A DNA stretch of 63,665 nucleotides, filler included, from Dimorphilus gyrociliatus (taxonomy: Eukaryota; Animalia; Annelida), in the NCBI GenBank assembly GCA_904063045.1. It is 4 parts of 4 records of this genome, joined end to end, with 100 filler letters (N's around TTAATTAATTAA, not from the genome) between each part and the next. Parts side by side here need not be neighbours in the genome. Positions count along the whole stretch, not along the records: positions 1 to 29,045 come from CAJFCJ010000142.1; 3 more parts are not named here. One strand, 5' to 3'. A model generated the notes under the pieces. That model made no database searches and was not told the origin of the DNA. It saw only the letters and a program-made list of their open reading frames with translations. The first letter of the stretch is position 1. Each line of letters begins with the position of its first letter. Below, in pieces: positions 14,001 through 25,400 of this stretch. A program made the position numbers and the translations under genes.

Positions 14001-14299
14001 TTTTTACAGAAAAAAATTATGTATGAAACTTCATTATTTATAAAAATTTCTTCTATTCATATCTCACTTAAAAGACATTTAATAAATCATTCATTCTTAT
14101 TGTATTGATAATCTATGAGTTTTAGTTTTAAATTGGTTCAAACTTGAAACATGCTGAAAATAGTTTTATCAGGTACAATCATTATATTATATACATTTTG
14201 TATTTTTAGTGATAAATAGTTAATCAATTGAAATTTTTTCATTGTAGCCTACAGTATACTCCAGTAAAATTAACTATTATTGTTTTTATTAGTCCCCTC

Positions 14300-14600
14300 C
14301 ATTATTTACACATGTGTGCCATTTTGTTGGTTGCTAATCTATGATAGTCAAATAAATAGAGGATGTTTTTCATCTTAGAAAATTCATAATCCTTTATTTA
14401 AATTTGTCCAAATTTTTTATAGTCTACTCCTCTGATATGATCTTTCAATCTACCAAAAAGATAATATTCAGATGGTGCCAAATTAGTGCTATATGGTGAT
14501 TGTGGACAATTCCTAAATCTTACCTTTATACCTGACAGATTTCTAAGAAAAGATATTAATGAAAATGTTTTTTGCAACAAGTAAGCAAATTGAACTTCTT
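14300..14600 (-). mobile_element. mariner transposase C-terminal remnant
   Basis: PQSPYSTNLAPSEYYLFGRLKDHIRG resembles HPPYSPDLAPSDYHLF..LK, and KWHTCVNNGGD resembles RWQKCV..GGDY. Confidence 0.75.
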
Positions 14601-14609
14601 TCCTCAAGT

Positions 14610-14685
14610 AAAACGAGTATGGGAAAACTCATCCCCTTTTTTGGGAAAACTTGTCCCCTTTTTTGGGGAAAACTTATCCCCTAAA
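14610..14685. repeat. Three tandem ~22-bp units GGGAAAACT..TCCCCTTTTTT
   Basis: Three imperfect units are directly visible; they resemble a transposon subterminal array. Confidence 0.6.
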
Positions 14686-14759
14686 TTGATAAATAATGAA
14701 ATAAATAAAAATAAGTGAAAAAAATGACATATTGAATGAGAATTAGGTAGAAAAAAAAG

Positions 14760-15600
14760 AATTATGGAGAAAACGTCCACTGGAGAAAACATCCACTATT
14801 TGGAGAAAATGTCCACTGGATAAAACATGCTCTGTGTATAATATTCACTGGAGAAAATGTTGACTATGTACATAAGATGTGGAAAAAAGGTTATTAAAAT
14901 TTGAATTTGTGAATATTGGTTATTGGATATAGAATTTACATATTTCTTAGAAATATAATTGTTATATGGAAGTTAAGATTTATATTTTGTGGTGTATCCA
15001 ATACATTCCCATAATACCACATTTTTGGTAGCCATTCTGAAATCCAGACAGGAAACAGTTCTAGGATGTTGTATTTTTTTCATGGAAAATGAGCATTGTG
15101 TATATTGATATTTTTTCAGAATTTTTGGTAGTTTGAATACATTTCACCAGGAGAAAAGCATTAAACAAAATCAAGAACACACTAGAACTAATATCAGTAA
15201 GTTATTGAATATTCAATTAAAAGCATTTAGTTATTAATTAAGCTTTATCTTTATGACAGCCATTTTGTTCATCATTCTTATTAATTATTTAATTTTTGAA
15301 ATTTAGCAGTTGATTATTAAAAGAGATTCTAAATTGAGCATGGCACCAGTTTGCTTCATTTGTAAAGAGAGAATATATGGAAGACAAAATCATGAGAAGT
15401 GTCACCTTTGCTGTCATTTATTTAAAATACACAAGAAATGCTTTGAATATAAAGGTTTGTTTGATTTTTTTGTCATTGTCCTTACAAGTATCTATTGACA
15501 TGTTTTCACAGATCAGTCATTTTATTGCAAAATTATCAAAGAAGAAATGCATTGTTGCACTGCAAAGGCTACCTTCTACTGCATCTCTTAACACAGAAAA
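14760..15600 (+). mobile_element. MULE4: 5' fragment (terminal repeat array plus PHD exon)
   Basis: It has the same GGAGAAAACGTCCAC array as MULE3. ATG 15340 gives MAPVCFICKERIYGRQNHEKCHLCCHLFKIHKKC, followed by an intron at the position shared with the other copies. Confidence 0.7.
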
Positions 15601-15603
15601 AAG

Positions 15604-17200
15604 TCAAAGACCAAATGTCCATACAACAAATAATACAAATGAGGGATGTAGGGACAATTCAGCCACTAATCCATCTAAAAGATTATCTAAAGTGATTTTA
15701 TTAGTTTCCAAGTTGTCCCATAAATTAAATATTTTAGATTGTAGGTAGGCTTGTTTTATTCTCTGCATTCCCTTTAACTTGTTTTCAGAAAGTAGCTTCT
15801 TAAAAATTGTAATTAAATCAGCTTCTCTGGCTAATTCATTTACAAGATATTTAGTCTGCAGTGCCATCCTTCAACATTATTGTTAGCTCTGATGGTCATG
15901 TTGTACACAGACCAATACTTTGGTTTCCAAATGTTGCTATAGATATAGGTCCTTTCCATATAATCTAATAAATCTCCATATAAATTTTTCTCTAAGAGTT
16001 CATACTTTATTTCATTAAATGTTGAAACAATGCATTTATGTGGGATATATGAGAGACACATGAGTTTTCTCAGCATCTTAATGAAGCCATGTATGGAAAA
16101 TAGTTGATAGAATGGGGGTCTAACAACTTTAAATGTTCCATCAACAAACCATATTTTACATTTGGACAATAAGCTAATTTGATGACTGGTACCAAAAATT
16201 ATGTTTCTATGGTTTTTTCCTTGAATATCTTGCACTAAAAATTGTTTGGGTATTTCATTCATATCTAGTTGAAAAAATAATTCTTCTGGGTGCTTAGGTC
16301 TAAGGTTTTGTTTGTATCTCTTTGCTGTTCTTTTAAATGATTCAATTGTAGGCAAACTTTTAATTGAATTACAAAATTCCATTGCAGTATCTTCAGCTAA
16401 ACGTTTTCCAGACTTTTCATTTCTTTCCAAGGTAAGACACTTTAAATGAAGTCTTGCTTTTATGCTTTGTTTTAAATTCTTTCCAGAATTAGAATGATTA
16501 TGATCATTTTTTATTAGAAATTTTGAACCTTTTTGAATAATATAAGCATTACAGGTCTCATTTTTAGATCTTTGTGAACACCTCCAAATGTTACAGCTTT
16601 TTGTTTTTAGTGAGAAGGAAAAATTATTATGCAATAAAATATCTTTTCCTCTTTTACTTCCATTCTTGACAATTTCAAAGTCATTTTCATTTGCTTCATA
16701 AACACTTATTTTCTTGCTAAATGATACTTCATCTTGAATGTCAACTCTTTGATCTTGATCACAGTTATTTGAATTATTATTTTCTTCTTCAGATATATCC
16801 TCAATACAATTTTCAAAATCGAAGGATAGTCTCAACTGAAATAACAAAATTTTAACAATTTTTCAACTGAGAAAAGTTACAAGTTATTTACTTGTTGATT
16901 TTCTTCATGAAATTGTTCAGTATTCATAGCACCCAGTTCATTTTGACTTTCATTTGAATGACTTTCATTTTTTTTCTGAACAATTTTTCTTAACTTAATT
17001 AAAACTTTTTGTCTTCTAACATTGAAGCAATCAACACAATAATCATTTTCTGATTAAAGATATGTAAGTTTTACAAAAAGGAAAGAAAAGAAAAATATTT
17101 ACTTACTTTTGGAACACTTTCTATGATAAAAATGCTTGCAAAGTTTGCATCTTACTTTCTGTTGATTCCAATAAAATTTCTTTGTACACAACCAGCATGT
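15604..17200 (-). pseudogene. MULE5 transposase (PHD-FLYWCH-DDE) with internal deletions
   Basis: PHD CWLC..CKLCKHFYHRKC followed by GTAAGT; FLYWCH GKDILLHNNFSF..WRC..C..HNH; FVDGTF; RANNNVEGWH; C-terminal ELAREADLI..KKLLSE. Confidence 0.85.
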
Positions 17201-17277
17201 TTTTAAGAGCTCAAGTGAGCTTCAACAGTTCTTACAGCTCAGTACTCAACACCTCTGACAGTACTCAACTATACCAC

Positions 17278-17304
17278 TATATATACTGGTGCAGAACCTC
17301 AGTC
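17278..17304 (+). promoter_or_regulatory. Candidate TATA box plus TCAGT initiator
   Basis: TATATATA at 17278-17285 and TCAGTC at 17299-17304, ~40 bp upstream of ATG 17345. The spacing is slightly shorter than canonical. Confidence 0.3.
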
Positions 17305-17344
17305 ATCCTCTTCACTTCACAGTGTTAACAAGTACTTCCTAAAG

Positions 17345-17938
17345 ATGGCAGCTTCTAGATGCATGACAAATAAGTGCAAACTTTGCCCAGCCCTAATACA
17401 GGGAGGGTCCTGGAGCTCCAGAGATGGCTGTATTACTAAAAAGATTGAGGGAAACCTCAATTGTAATTCAGACCACTTGTTCTTCATTGCTGATTGTAAA
17501 AAGTGCAATTGGGCTATGGCTAGTTTCACCATATCTCCACTACATAGAATGTATGGATTTTCATTGAAAAAATCAAAAACAGGCAAAGACAATGTTGGAG
17601 CTCTGGCTCTTCATATGAGGACCTGCAACACTACCAACATAAGAATCCTTCCTATCATGGTCCAACCAGAGACAGAACACTTCCATGTCAAGAAAGTGAG
17701 TAAATTGTTGCAATTACTATATAATGCTGACTGGGTAGAAATAGCTAAGTTTAAGAGAAGTAACCCAGACATTAGAGGGACAAACCCAAATGAGTTCCCT
17801 TGTAGTATTAGACCGACAATAGTTAGTATCCAAGGGGTAACCCTGGAGCTCTTGGAAAATTTTAATATACCTCTATACCTCATGAGCAGTATGAGAACTC
17901 TGTTCTCTGTAACAATAAACACTCTTATGTGGGTCTGA
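17345..17938 (+). CDS. Penelope-type GIY-YIG endonuclease-like protein, catalytic motifs altered, no RT
   Basis: CKLCP...IEGNLNCNSDHLFFIADCKKC...SFTISPLHR...ALALH...ILPI...LLQ...DW...GTN follows the PLE endonuclease layout (CxxC...INCxSxNVIYLITC.C..YVGQT..L..R...H...ESYWI...GLN). Confidence 0.55.
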   Translation: MAASRCMTNKCKLCPALIQGGSWSSRDGCITKKIEGNLNCNSDHLFFIADCKKCNWAMASFTISPLHRMYGFSLKKSKTGKDNVGALALHMRTCNTTNIRILPIMVQPETEHFHVKKVSKLLQLLYNADWVEIAKFKRSNPDIRGTNPNEFPCSIRPTIVSIQGVTLELLENFNIPLYLMSSMRTLFSVTINTLMWV

Positions 17939-17964
17939 GTAGACCCACCTTAAATAACCTATGA

Positions 17965-18312
17965 AAAGATAACTTAGATCTTAGGAACAAAGTGGTAGAG
18001 TTAGAAAGTACAATCAAAGCAAGCTCCAGTAAGCTGGAGGAAGCTAATAACAAATTAGAGGAAGCTAATAAGAGAAACAAGGAGCTCCTACTGGAACTAG
18101 AGAAAAAGAACTCAACTGAACAAAGAACTCCTAATAGTTATGAATGGGACTGGTCAAAAGCTCTTCCTATTAATGGAAGGGGCTTCATCAAGTTCTTCCC
18201 ACTTCCAGAACAGGATATTGTGGAAAAATTTAAAGTAGAACCAGTGATAATTAATCTTGAGTTGTATGTGCAAAAATTAAAGAAGAACAATCAAAAGGGA
18301 TATAAGGATTGA
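17965..18312 (+). CDS. Coiled-coil-containing ORF downstream of the GIY-YIG-like ORF
   Basis: Heptad-like LRNKVVELESTIKASSSKLEEANNKLEEANKRNKELLLELEKK. The frame is open back to 17866 apart from one TGA (17962). No ATG start; a partial inverted copy lies at ~28660-29000. Confidence 0.4.
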   Translation, partial: KDNLDLRNKVVELESTIKASSSKLEEANNKLEEANKRNKELLLELEKKNSTEQRTPNSYEWDWSKALPINGRGFIKFFPLPEQDIVEKFKVEPVIINLELYVQKLKKNNQKGYKD

Positions 18313-18504
18313 TTTTTTAATTTTTTGATTGGCTTGATTTACTAGTGTTTTTAATATATCAATGCACTCGTATCAAATAAGAAATTAATTAAATATCAAA
18401 TTAAGTAAGGCTACTTAATCCTATTATTTCCTATTCATCTTTCAGCATAAAGGATAGCAAATTATTGCTGTTAAGAATTGCAGACAGAAATTTTTGAAGT
18501 AAAC

Positions 18505-20436
18505 ATGAATGTGACATTGAATCCTACTTTTCTTAATGCTGAAAATGCTACCAGCAAAACATATGGTAGCCTACCTATTATGGAGAAATTTGCAGAACTA
18601 ATAACACCAATTATTTTTATATCAGTTGGTATTGTTTTTGGAATTCCATTTAATCTAATGTCAGTGATTACAATTTTGAAGAGTAATCTATGGAAAACTA
18701 CCTTTTTCAGGTATATGTTAATTGTTACATTAGCTGATCTTCTAATAATAGTTGGCAATGTAATGAGAGGTGTATACTTTCTAAATATAAGTGTACACAT
18801 ACATTCGTCAGCTATATTCTACAATAGAGAAGTAGTATTGAACCAGTATTGTACTATGCAGATAGCACTGATAAAGATAAGCAGTAGTGACCTAGTTTCG
18901 CATAGGGCAGTGCATACACATTATGCAGTAATAAAACCTATTGAATTATATAAAGAATATTTGCTATTTGCAACCTAGCATTAATATTACAATTTATTAA
19001 TCCATACATTTATGATTTCGAACTAAAACTAGTTCAATTAATTATCAATTATGCTTAAATTCTAAGTTTAGATTATATTCACTATTCAACAGTATTGTAT
19101 ACACAATACTGTTCTTCTTAACATGCATTAATCAGATATACTTCCTCCTTATATGCTGATGCTAAATTTACTAACTCAATCAATTGAATATCATTATTAA
19201 GGTAGAATATAAAAACGGTCAAATATACAATCTACATGTTTTCTTGATTGTTGGACTTGTCCTACTAAAATTGTTACATCTTATGCAACTCTCCAACCTT
19301 CGAAATTCAACTATTATTTAGAAGAGGAAAACAATAAAAACATGACCATATTTAGAACTTTTCTTTGTCTTTAAATGTTACTTTTGTTTTTGTGAACATT
19401 GAAATTTGTGAACTATCAACCCTTAAAAGAGTATATAAACCCTACGAAATTAACAGTTGATAGTTCAGTTTTCTAACCGTCAGCTAGTTGTTTAAACTAG
19501 CTTGTTTAGAACTAGAAGCTCATTTTACTCAATACATATTCTTTGGACGAAATACTGGTGTTTTGTTAATCAATTTCTACCGAAATTGCCTTTGTTAGAC
19601 TATTTGTGGACGAACTTTAAAGGTTCTATTTGGACCAGTACTTTGGCAAGTTGGTAAATGATTGGAAAGGACGATTACAGTTGTGACGAACCAGAAATTC
19701 CTACAATTACAATACAACAAAGTACAATAAGAGTTGTAGATGAGGGTTGCTCTTTGGGTTGATTGTAAAATTTTCAGATTTATATACTTTTCTTTTACAC
19801 AAATCATCTTTAACTCTTGTTGCTGTTACTTTTGATAGATTTTTGTGTATTGCATTTCCTGTAAAGGCAAAAGTTTGGTCTACACTTAAAATTTGCAGTA
19901 TGATAATTTTGGCTATAATCATCTATGGAATTGGAATGAGTTTGGTAAAATTTAGTGCAAATGAAACGCCTATACGGTTTACACCAACAGTAGTTCATTG
20001 TATTCCATCCAATCCTGGTGTCAATAATTTTCTTGAAGAGTACTTTTATCTCAATCATAACCTTATTTATTCTTTATTTCCATCAATTATTATGGGAATA
20101 TTAAATATTCTTATACTTTATAAATTAAAGGTTCATACCACAAAAATGACTAATTTTGGTGAAAAAAGTAATAATACCAATGATGATAAATTGAAAAGAA
20201 CAACAAATAAACTAACTATCTTAACTCTTCTATTATCAACATCATTCATCATCACAACATTTCCAGTTTCTGTCATTAATATTCATATACTTAAATTTGC
20301 ACCACATCTCTATCAATCGCAAACAGTGCATATCATTTATGAATTTATATTGATCATTAACAGTTTAAATCATGTGATCAATTTTATATTTATTGCCTAT
20401 GTGGTGAAACATTTAAGAATGAACTTCTGCAATTGA
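18505..20436 (+). pseudogene. Class A (rhodopsin-like) GPCR, peptide-receptor-like, disrupted by an LTR insertion and frameshifts
   Basis: N-glycosylation sequons in the N-terminus; TM1 GIPFN; TM2 TLADLL; TM3 CKIF...TFDRF; TM5 FPSIIMGILN; TM6 FIITTFP; TM7 NHVINF. The 935-bp insertion lies in ECL1. Confidence 0.85.
18792..19726 (+). mobile_element. Solo LTR (family L2), 935 bp, inside the GPCR
   Basis: Ends are TGTAC...GTACA with an exact 5-bp TSD ATAAG (18787-18791, 19727-19731). The 3' ~250 bp is shared with the copies at 1388 and 49540. Confidence 0.85.
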
Positions 20437-21406
20437 TTGGATGCTGCAAATCTCCAATATTAAAAAGTAAAACAAGTAGCTTGGATTTGAAAAACTCTCA
20501 ACAAACTTGATTAGAAAAGTTTCTTTTCAGTGTACTCTATTATAAAAATGTTTGTGCTATTGCTATGGCAACTGTAATTGTGTGTTTAGCTTTAATCTCA
20601 AGTTATAATTTAATAAAGTCAGTATTTTCATGTATTGTCTACTTTTTTATCCATTTTATTCACCAATTTTTTGTTAAAACAAGTTTTAAATCTGACATCT
20701 TCTTATTGGATTCAAAGCACTTCAAACAAAACGTATCTCTGAAATATCAATATTACAATGTAGTAGGCTTATTTTTTGGGGTGGAATGTATCCCAGGCAT
20801 CTGAGATTTGAAAACAACTCAAAAATAATGGCGAATTTGATGATGGATCTGAATTATTTGAATGCATGATACTGTAAAGTCATAAATAATACAAACCTTG
20901 AATGCACTTGATATGGCATGTTTTAAAACAAAGACAATATTTTTCTTTAATTTGACTGCTAATGAAAAGATCATTGCAAATAAAGGATGTGTTCTCAAGA
21001 TTTTGATTTTTTTATCAAACCTTAGTAAATAATTATTTGTTAAAGTGAAATTCATCAGAAGAGTCAGAATTATTGCATGATGTATATATTTAAAAATTGA
21101 TAATATCATTACTAGAAGCATTATAATGAAAATCAAAAGAAAAGGTAAAAATCACATTAAAATTGTCAAATTTTTGGTTGGAATGTTACATAAACTTTTA
21201 TTATAAAAAAACTTTGTATATAAAGGATTTGTAAATTTCCAACAAATTGTGTAAGATTGTGACTAGTGCCAAAATTTAATGTATTGTTAGTGTTTCTGTA
21301 AAGTCTATAATGAAATCTATGGAAATTTTCCCATTTTACTTAAATATTATTAATTTAAAAATTAATAAACAGAAATAAAAACCATTATATGGTCCTGTTT
21401 CACAGA

Positions 21407-22420
21407 CTACAAGCAATATTTTAATATTATTTGAGTATTTGACATTGTACAGGTGGTGAAATCATCTTTTATCAAATTACAATTTGAAAGTGATATGACA
21501 CTCTCATAAAAATGATTACTAATTGTTCTACAGCTATCTGCAAAGTATGCTCTCAGACTTCTTCTCAAATCTATAACTTTATATTCTGGTCCAAGTATTT
21601 TTGATTGTAATTTACACAAAGATGTTCCAATTTTGAAATTATTTTCCTCCCAATTGAAGAACAGTGGAAAATGTCCCAATGTTTTGGAATTTATCATAAA
21701 ATGTGTTCCAACTGGAAATGGTAAATCTTTGAAAATGATACTAAGAAAAAACTTTGGCATTTCTTCAATCACAAAATCTAGCAGAAATAATTCAAGTGTT
21801 ATCTAAACAATTCAATTTAAAGATGAGTCATCCACCAACCTTTTAACTGTGAAAAGTCACAAAGAAATGTTAATTGACTAAAATCATTGTATTTATTAAT
21901 GTTATAAAAATTTAATAGTTTATTATTATATAATACAGCAAATAATTGCTGTCTATATCAATCATTTCATGATAATTTTGAAAGAATAAAGCATTTTTGC
22001 ATTGATTTGCTGTCTTCACATTATAGTGTCTCAATAACATAATAGTTTTTCCATTAAATCTCACGTATAGTTGATATTTTGAAGTTTTATTTCATAGGCA
22101 AATAAAACTAGTTGAAAAGATGAAAAAAATCAGTTTAATTGGTGCTTGCATGAACATTGTTTGAAAAAATTGACAGAAAATATCCATTCTTATCTTAATA
22201 TACTATGGTCAGTCAACTGATCTACAAAAGACTACTAGAAATCATGGATATTTTCTACTTGATTAAATATTCGGTTTTTTTCCTTACAAGGTTTATGAAT
22301 AATGAAACATTTTAAACACACTAAAGCTATATTCATTTTCATTCTTTCAGAATATTCAAACCTATTGAACAGAGTTTTATTTTGAAGTTTCTTACAAAAA
22401 ACACTATTAGTACAAGACAA
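21407..22420 (-). pseudogene. Degraded long ORF, possibly tyrosine-recombinase-like (mirror copy ~24550-25570, +)
   Basis: Fragments occur in plausible order: LFNRFEYSERM, PLFFN, IDLRRSLRAYF, MSNTQIILKY. The resemblance is at motif level only. Confidence 0.25.
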
Positions 22421-25400
22421 AACAACTCACAACTGAACTTGGTTATTATTAAATACCAAAATGTATTCTGCTCTTTCTAATGAAAATGTTGAAAATAATT
22501 GAGTTTTTAGAAATTGGTGATTATTTTTAAAAATCTATTTTTACTGTGTTGGTCCACTGCACAAGCTTGAGTAAGATTAAACTTTGAATCATATCCATTG
22601 AATTGCATATATTTTGGAAATATGTAATTGAAATTGATTTTTTGGAAATGGAATAAAACCAAGTTGTCCAATTTTACTTGTTGATAATATTTTAATTTTT
22701 AATATTCCATAGATAAAATTTTCATTCTCTTCTATTGCATCTATGGAGAAATTAGCATTTCTTTGATTAATGTTCATTATATATCTTCCTTTATAGTTTT
22801 GACAAAATGGAGAAATTTCAATTATAAATAGAAAATATATGAGAAATTTAATTAAGAGATTAAAGATTGAAGCCATAATTGAATTTAATGCTTTTCAAAA
22901 AGATTCTTGTAGACATTCAAGTTGCATGAAAAATTTGAACATTTGATCTTTTTATAATGGCTTTTCTTTTCTTGTAAATGTTAGTTTTGCACAATATTTA
23001 AACAAGTTTTTAATGAAATTTGATAACAAATCAATGCCTGTAAATGCATTTATCACTTTAGAATAAAATCTTTTGTGAGTGAGATTTCTCATTTGAAATA
23101 TTTCATAAAAAATATCAACTAATTGATAAAAGACTAAAACTCTGTATAAATTACTTACACAGAGAGATCCATTGCAAAAACTACTTGGAATCTTTTTATA
23201 AATTTGAAAATTGAATGGATATGCTTCTTGTATAAATTAATTAATTATCAGTAAAATTGGATTGTGTCATGAAGAGGTTACTTTGAATTCCAGAATCCAA
23301 CTATTTATTTGTAAGTGTTTAATTTAAATGGTTTATTTGAAATAGAATACTTAAGCAAGTAACAATATGAAAGTTCAATAGCAGAGTAGATTGTGGGTAA
23401 TAGTAGGTTGCCAAGCTACCAGCCAATGTTGAAGTGTGCAAGACTTGTTCACCTTACTGTTTTTCAAATGGTCCTCTTTCAACTGATCTTTCCTTCAAAG
23501 ATCATTTGGAAACAACCTCTCTGGAACAAGTCTTGCACACTTCAACATTGGCTGGTAGCTTGGCAACCTACTATTACCCACAATCTACTCTGCTATTGAA
23601 CTTTCATATTGTTACTTGCTTAAGTATTCTATTTCAAATAAACCATTTAAATTAAACACTTACAAATAAATAGTTGGATTCTGGAATTCAAAGTAACCTC
23701 TTCATGACACAATCCAATTTTACTGATAATTAATTAATTTATACAAGAAGCATATCCATTCAATTTTCAAATTTATAAAAAGATTCCAAGTAGTTTTTGC
23801 AATGGATCTCTCTGTGTAAGTAATTTATACAGAGTTTTAGTCTTTTATCAATTAGTTGATATTTTTTATGAAATATTTCAAATGAGAAATCTCACTCACA
23901 AAAGATTTTATTCTAAAGTGATAAATGCATTTACAGGCATTGATTTGTTATCAAATTTCATTAAAAACTTGTTTAAATATTGTGCAAAACTAACATTTAC
24001 AAGAAAGAAAAGCCATTATAAAAAGATCAAATGTTCAAATTTTTCATGCAACTTGAATGTCTACAAGAATCTTTTTGAAAAGCATTAAATTCAATTATGG
24101 CTTCAATCTTTAATCTCTTAATTAAATTTCTCATATATTTTCTATTTATAATTGAAATTTCTCCATTTTGTCAAAACTATAAAGGAAGATATATAATGAA
24201 CATTAATCAAAGAAATGCTAATTTCTCCATAGATGCAATAGAAGAGAATGAAAATTTTATCTATGGAATATTAAAAATTAAAATATTATCAACAAGTAAA
24301 TTGGACAACTTGGTTTTATTCCATTTCCAAAAAATCAATTTTCATTACATATTTCCAAAATATATGCAATTCAATGGGATATGATTCAAAGTTTAATCTT
24401 ACTCAAGCTTGTGCAGTGGACCAACACAGTAAAAATAGATTTTTAAAATAATCACCAATTTCTAAAAACTCAATTATTTTCAACATTTTCATTAGAAAGA
24501 GCAGAATACATTTTGGTATTTAATAATAACCAAGTTCAGTTGTGAGTTGTTTTGTCTTGTACTAATAGTGTTTTTTTGTAAGAAACTTCAAAATAAAACT
24601 CTGTTCAATAGGTTTGAATATTCTGAAAGAATGAAAATGAATATAGCTTTAGTGTGTTTAAAATGTTTCATTATTCATAAACCTTGTAAGGAAAAAAACC
24701 GAATATTTAATCAAGTAGAAAATATCCATGATTTCTAGTAGTCTTTTGTAGATCAGTTGACTGACCATAGTATATTAAGATAAGAATGGATATTTTCTGT
24801 CAATTTTTTCAAACAATGTTCATGCAAGCACCAATTAAACTGATTTTTTCATCTTTTCAACTAGTTTTATTGCCTATGAAATAAAAACTTCAAAATATCA
24901 ACTATACGTGAGATTTAATGGAAAAACTATTATGTTATTGAGACACTATAATGTGAAGACAGCAAATCAATGCAAAAATGCTTTATTCTTTCAAAATTAT
25001 CATGAAATGATTGATATAGACAGCAATTATTTTGCTGTATTATATAATAATAAACTATTAAATTTTTATAACATTAATAAATACAATGATTTTAGTCAAT
25101 TAACATTTCTTTGTGACTTTTCACAGTTAAAAGGTTGGTGGATGACTCATCTTTAAATTGAATTGTTTAGATAACACTTGAATTATTTCTGCTAGATTTT
25201 GTGATTGAAGAAATGCCAAAGTTTTTCTTAGTATCATTTCAAAGATTTACCATTTCCAGTTGGAACACATTTTATGATAAATTCCAAAACATTGGGACAT
25301 TTTCCACTGTTCTTCAATTGGGAGGAAAATAATTTCAAAATTGGAACATCTTTGTGTAAATTACAATCAAAAATACTTGGACCAGAATATAAAGTTATAG

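Noticed and set aside
17857-17865. -1 frameshift at slippery A AAT TTT joining the GIY-YIG and coiled-coil ORFs
   Set aside because: The -1 frame hits TAA immediately after the site.
104-18000. TGA reassignment or selenocysteine suggested by several in-frame TGAs
   Set aside because: The TGAs fall at Cys-, Gln- and Arg-like positions, TAA stops and frameshifts occur in the same genes, and TGA also ends ORFs. Ordinary decay explains this better.
18800-18978. 3' part of ORF 18478-18978 as GPCR sequence or a normal intron
   Set aside because: It lies inside the TSD-bounded LTR insertion, and the insert ends are TG...CA rather than GT...AG.
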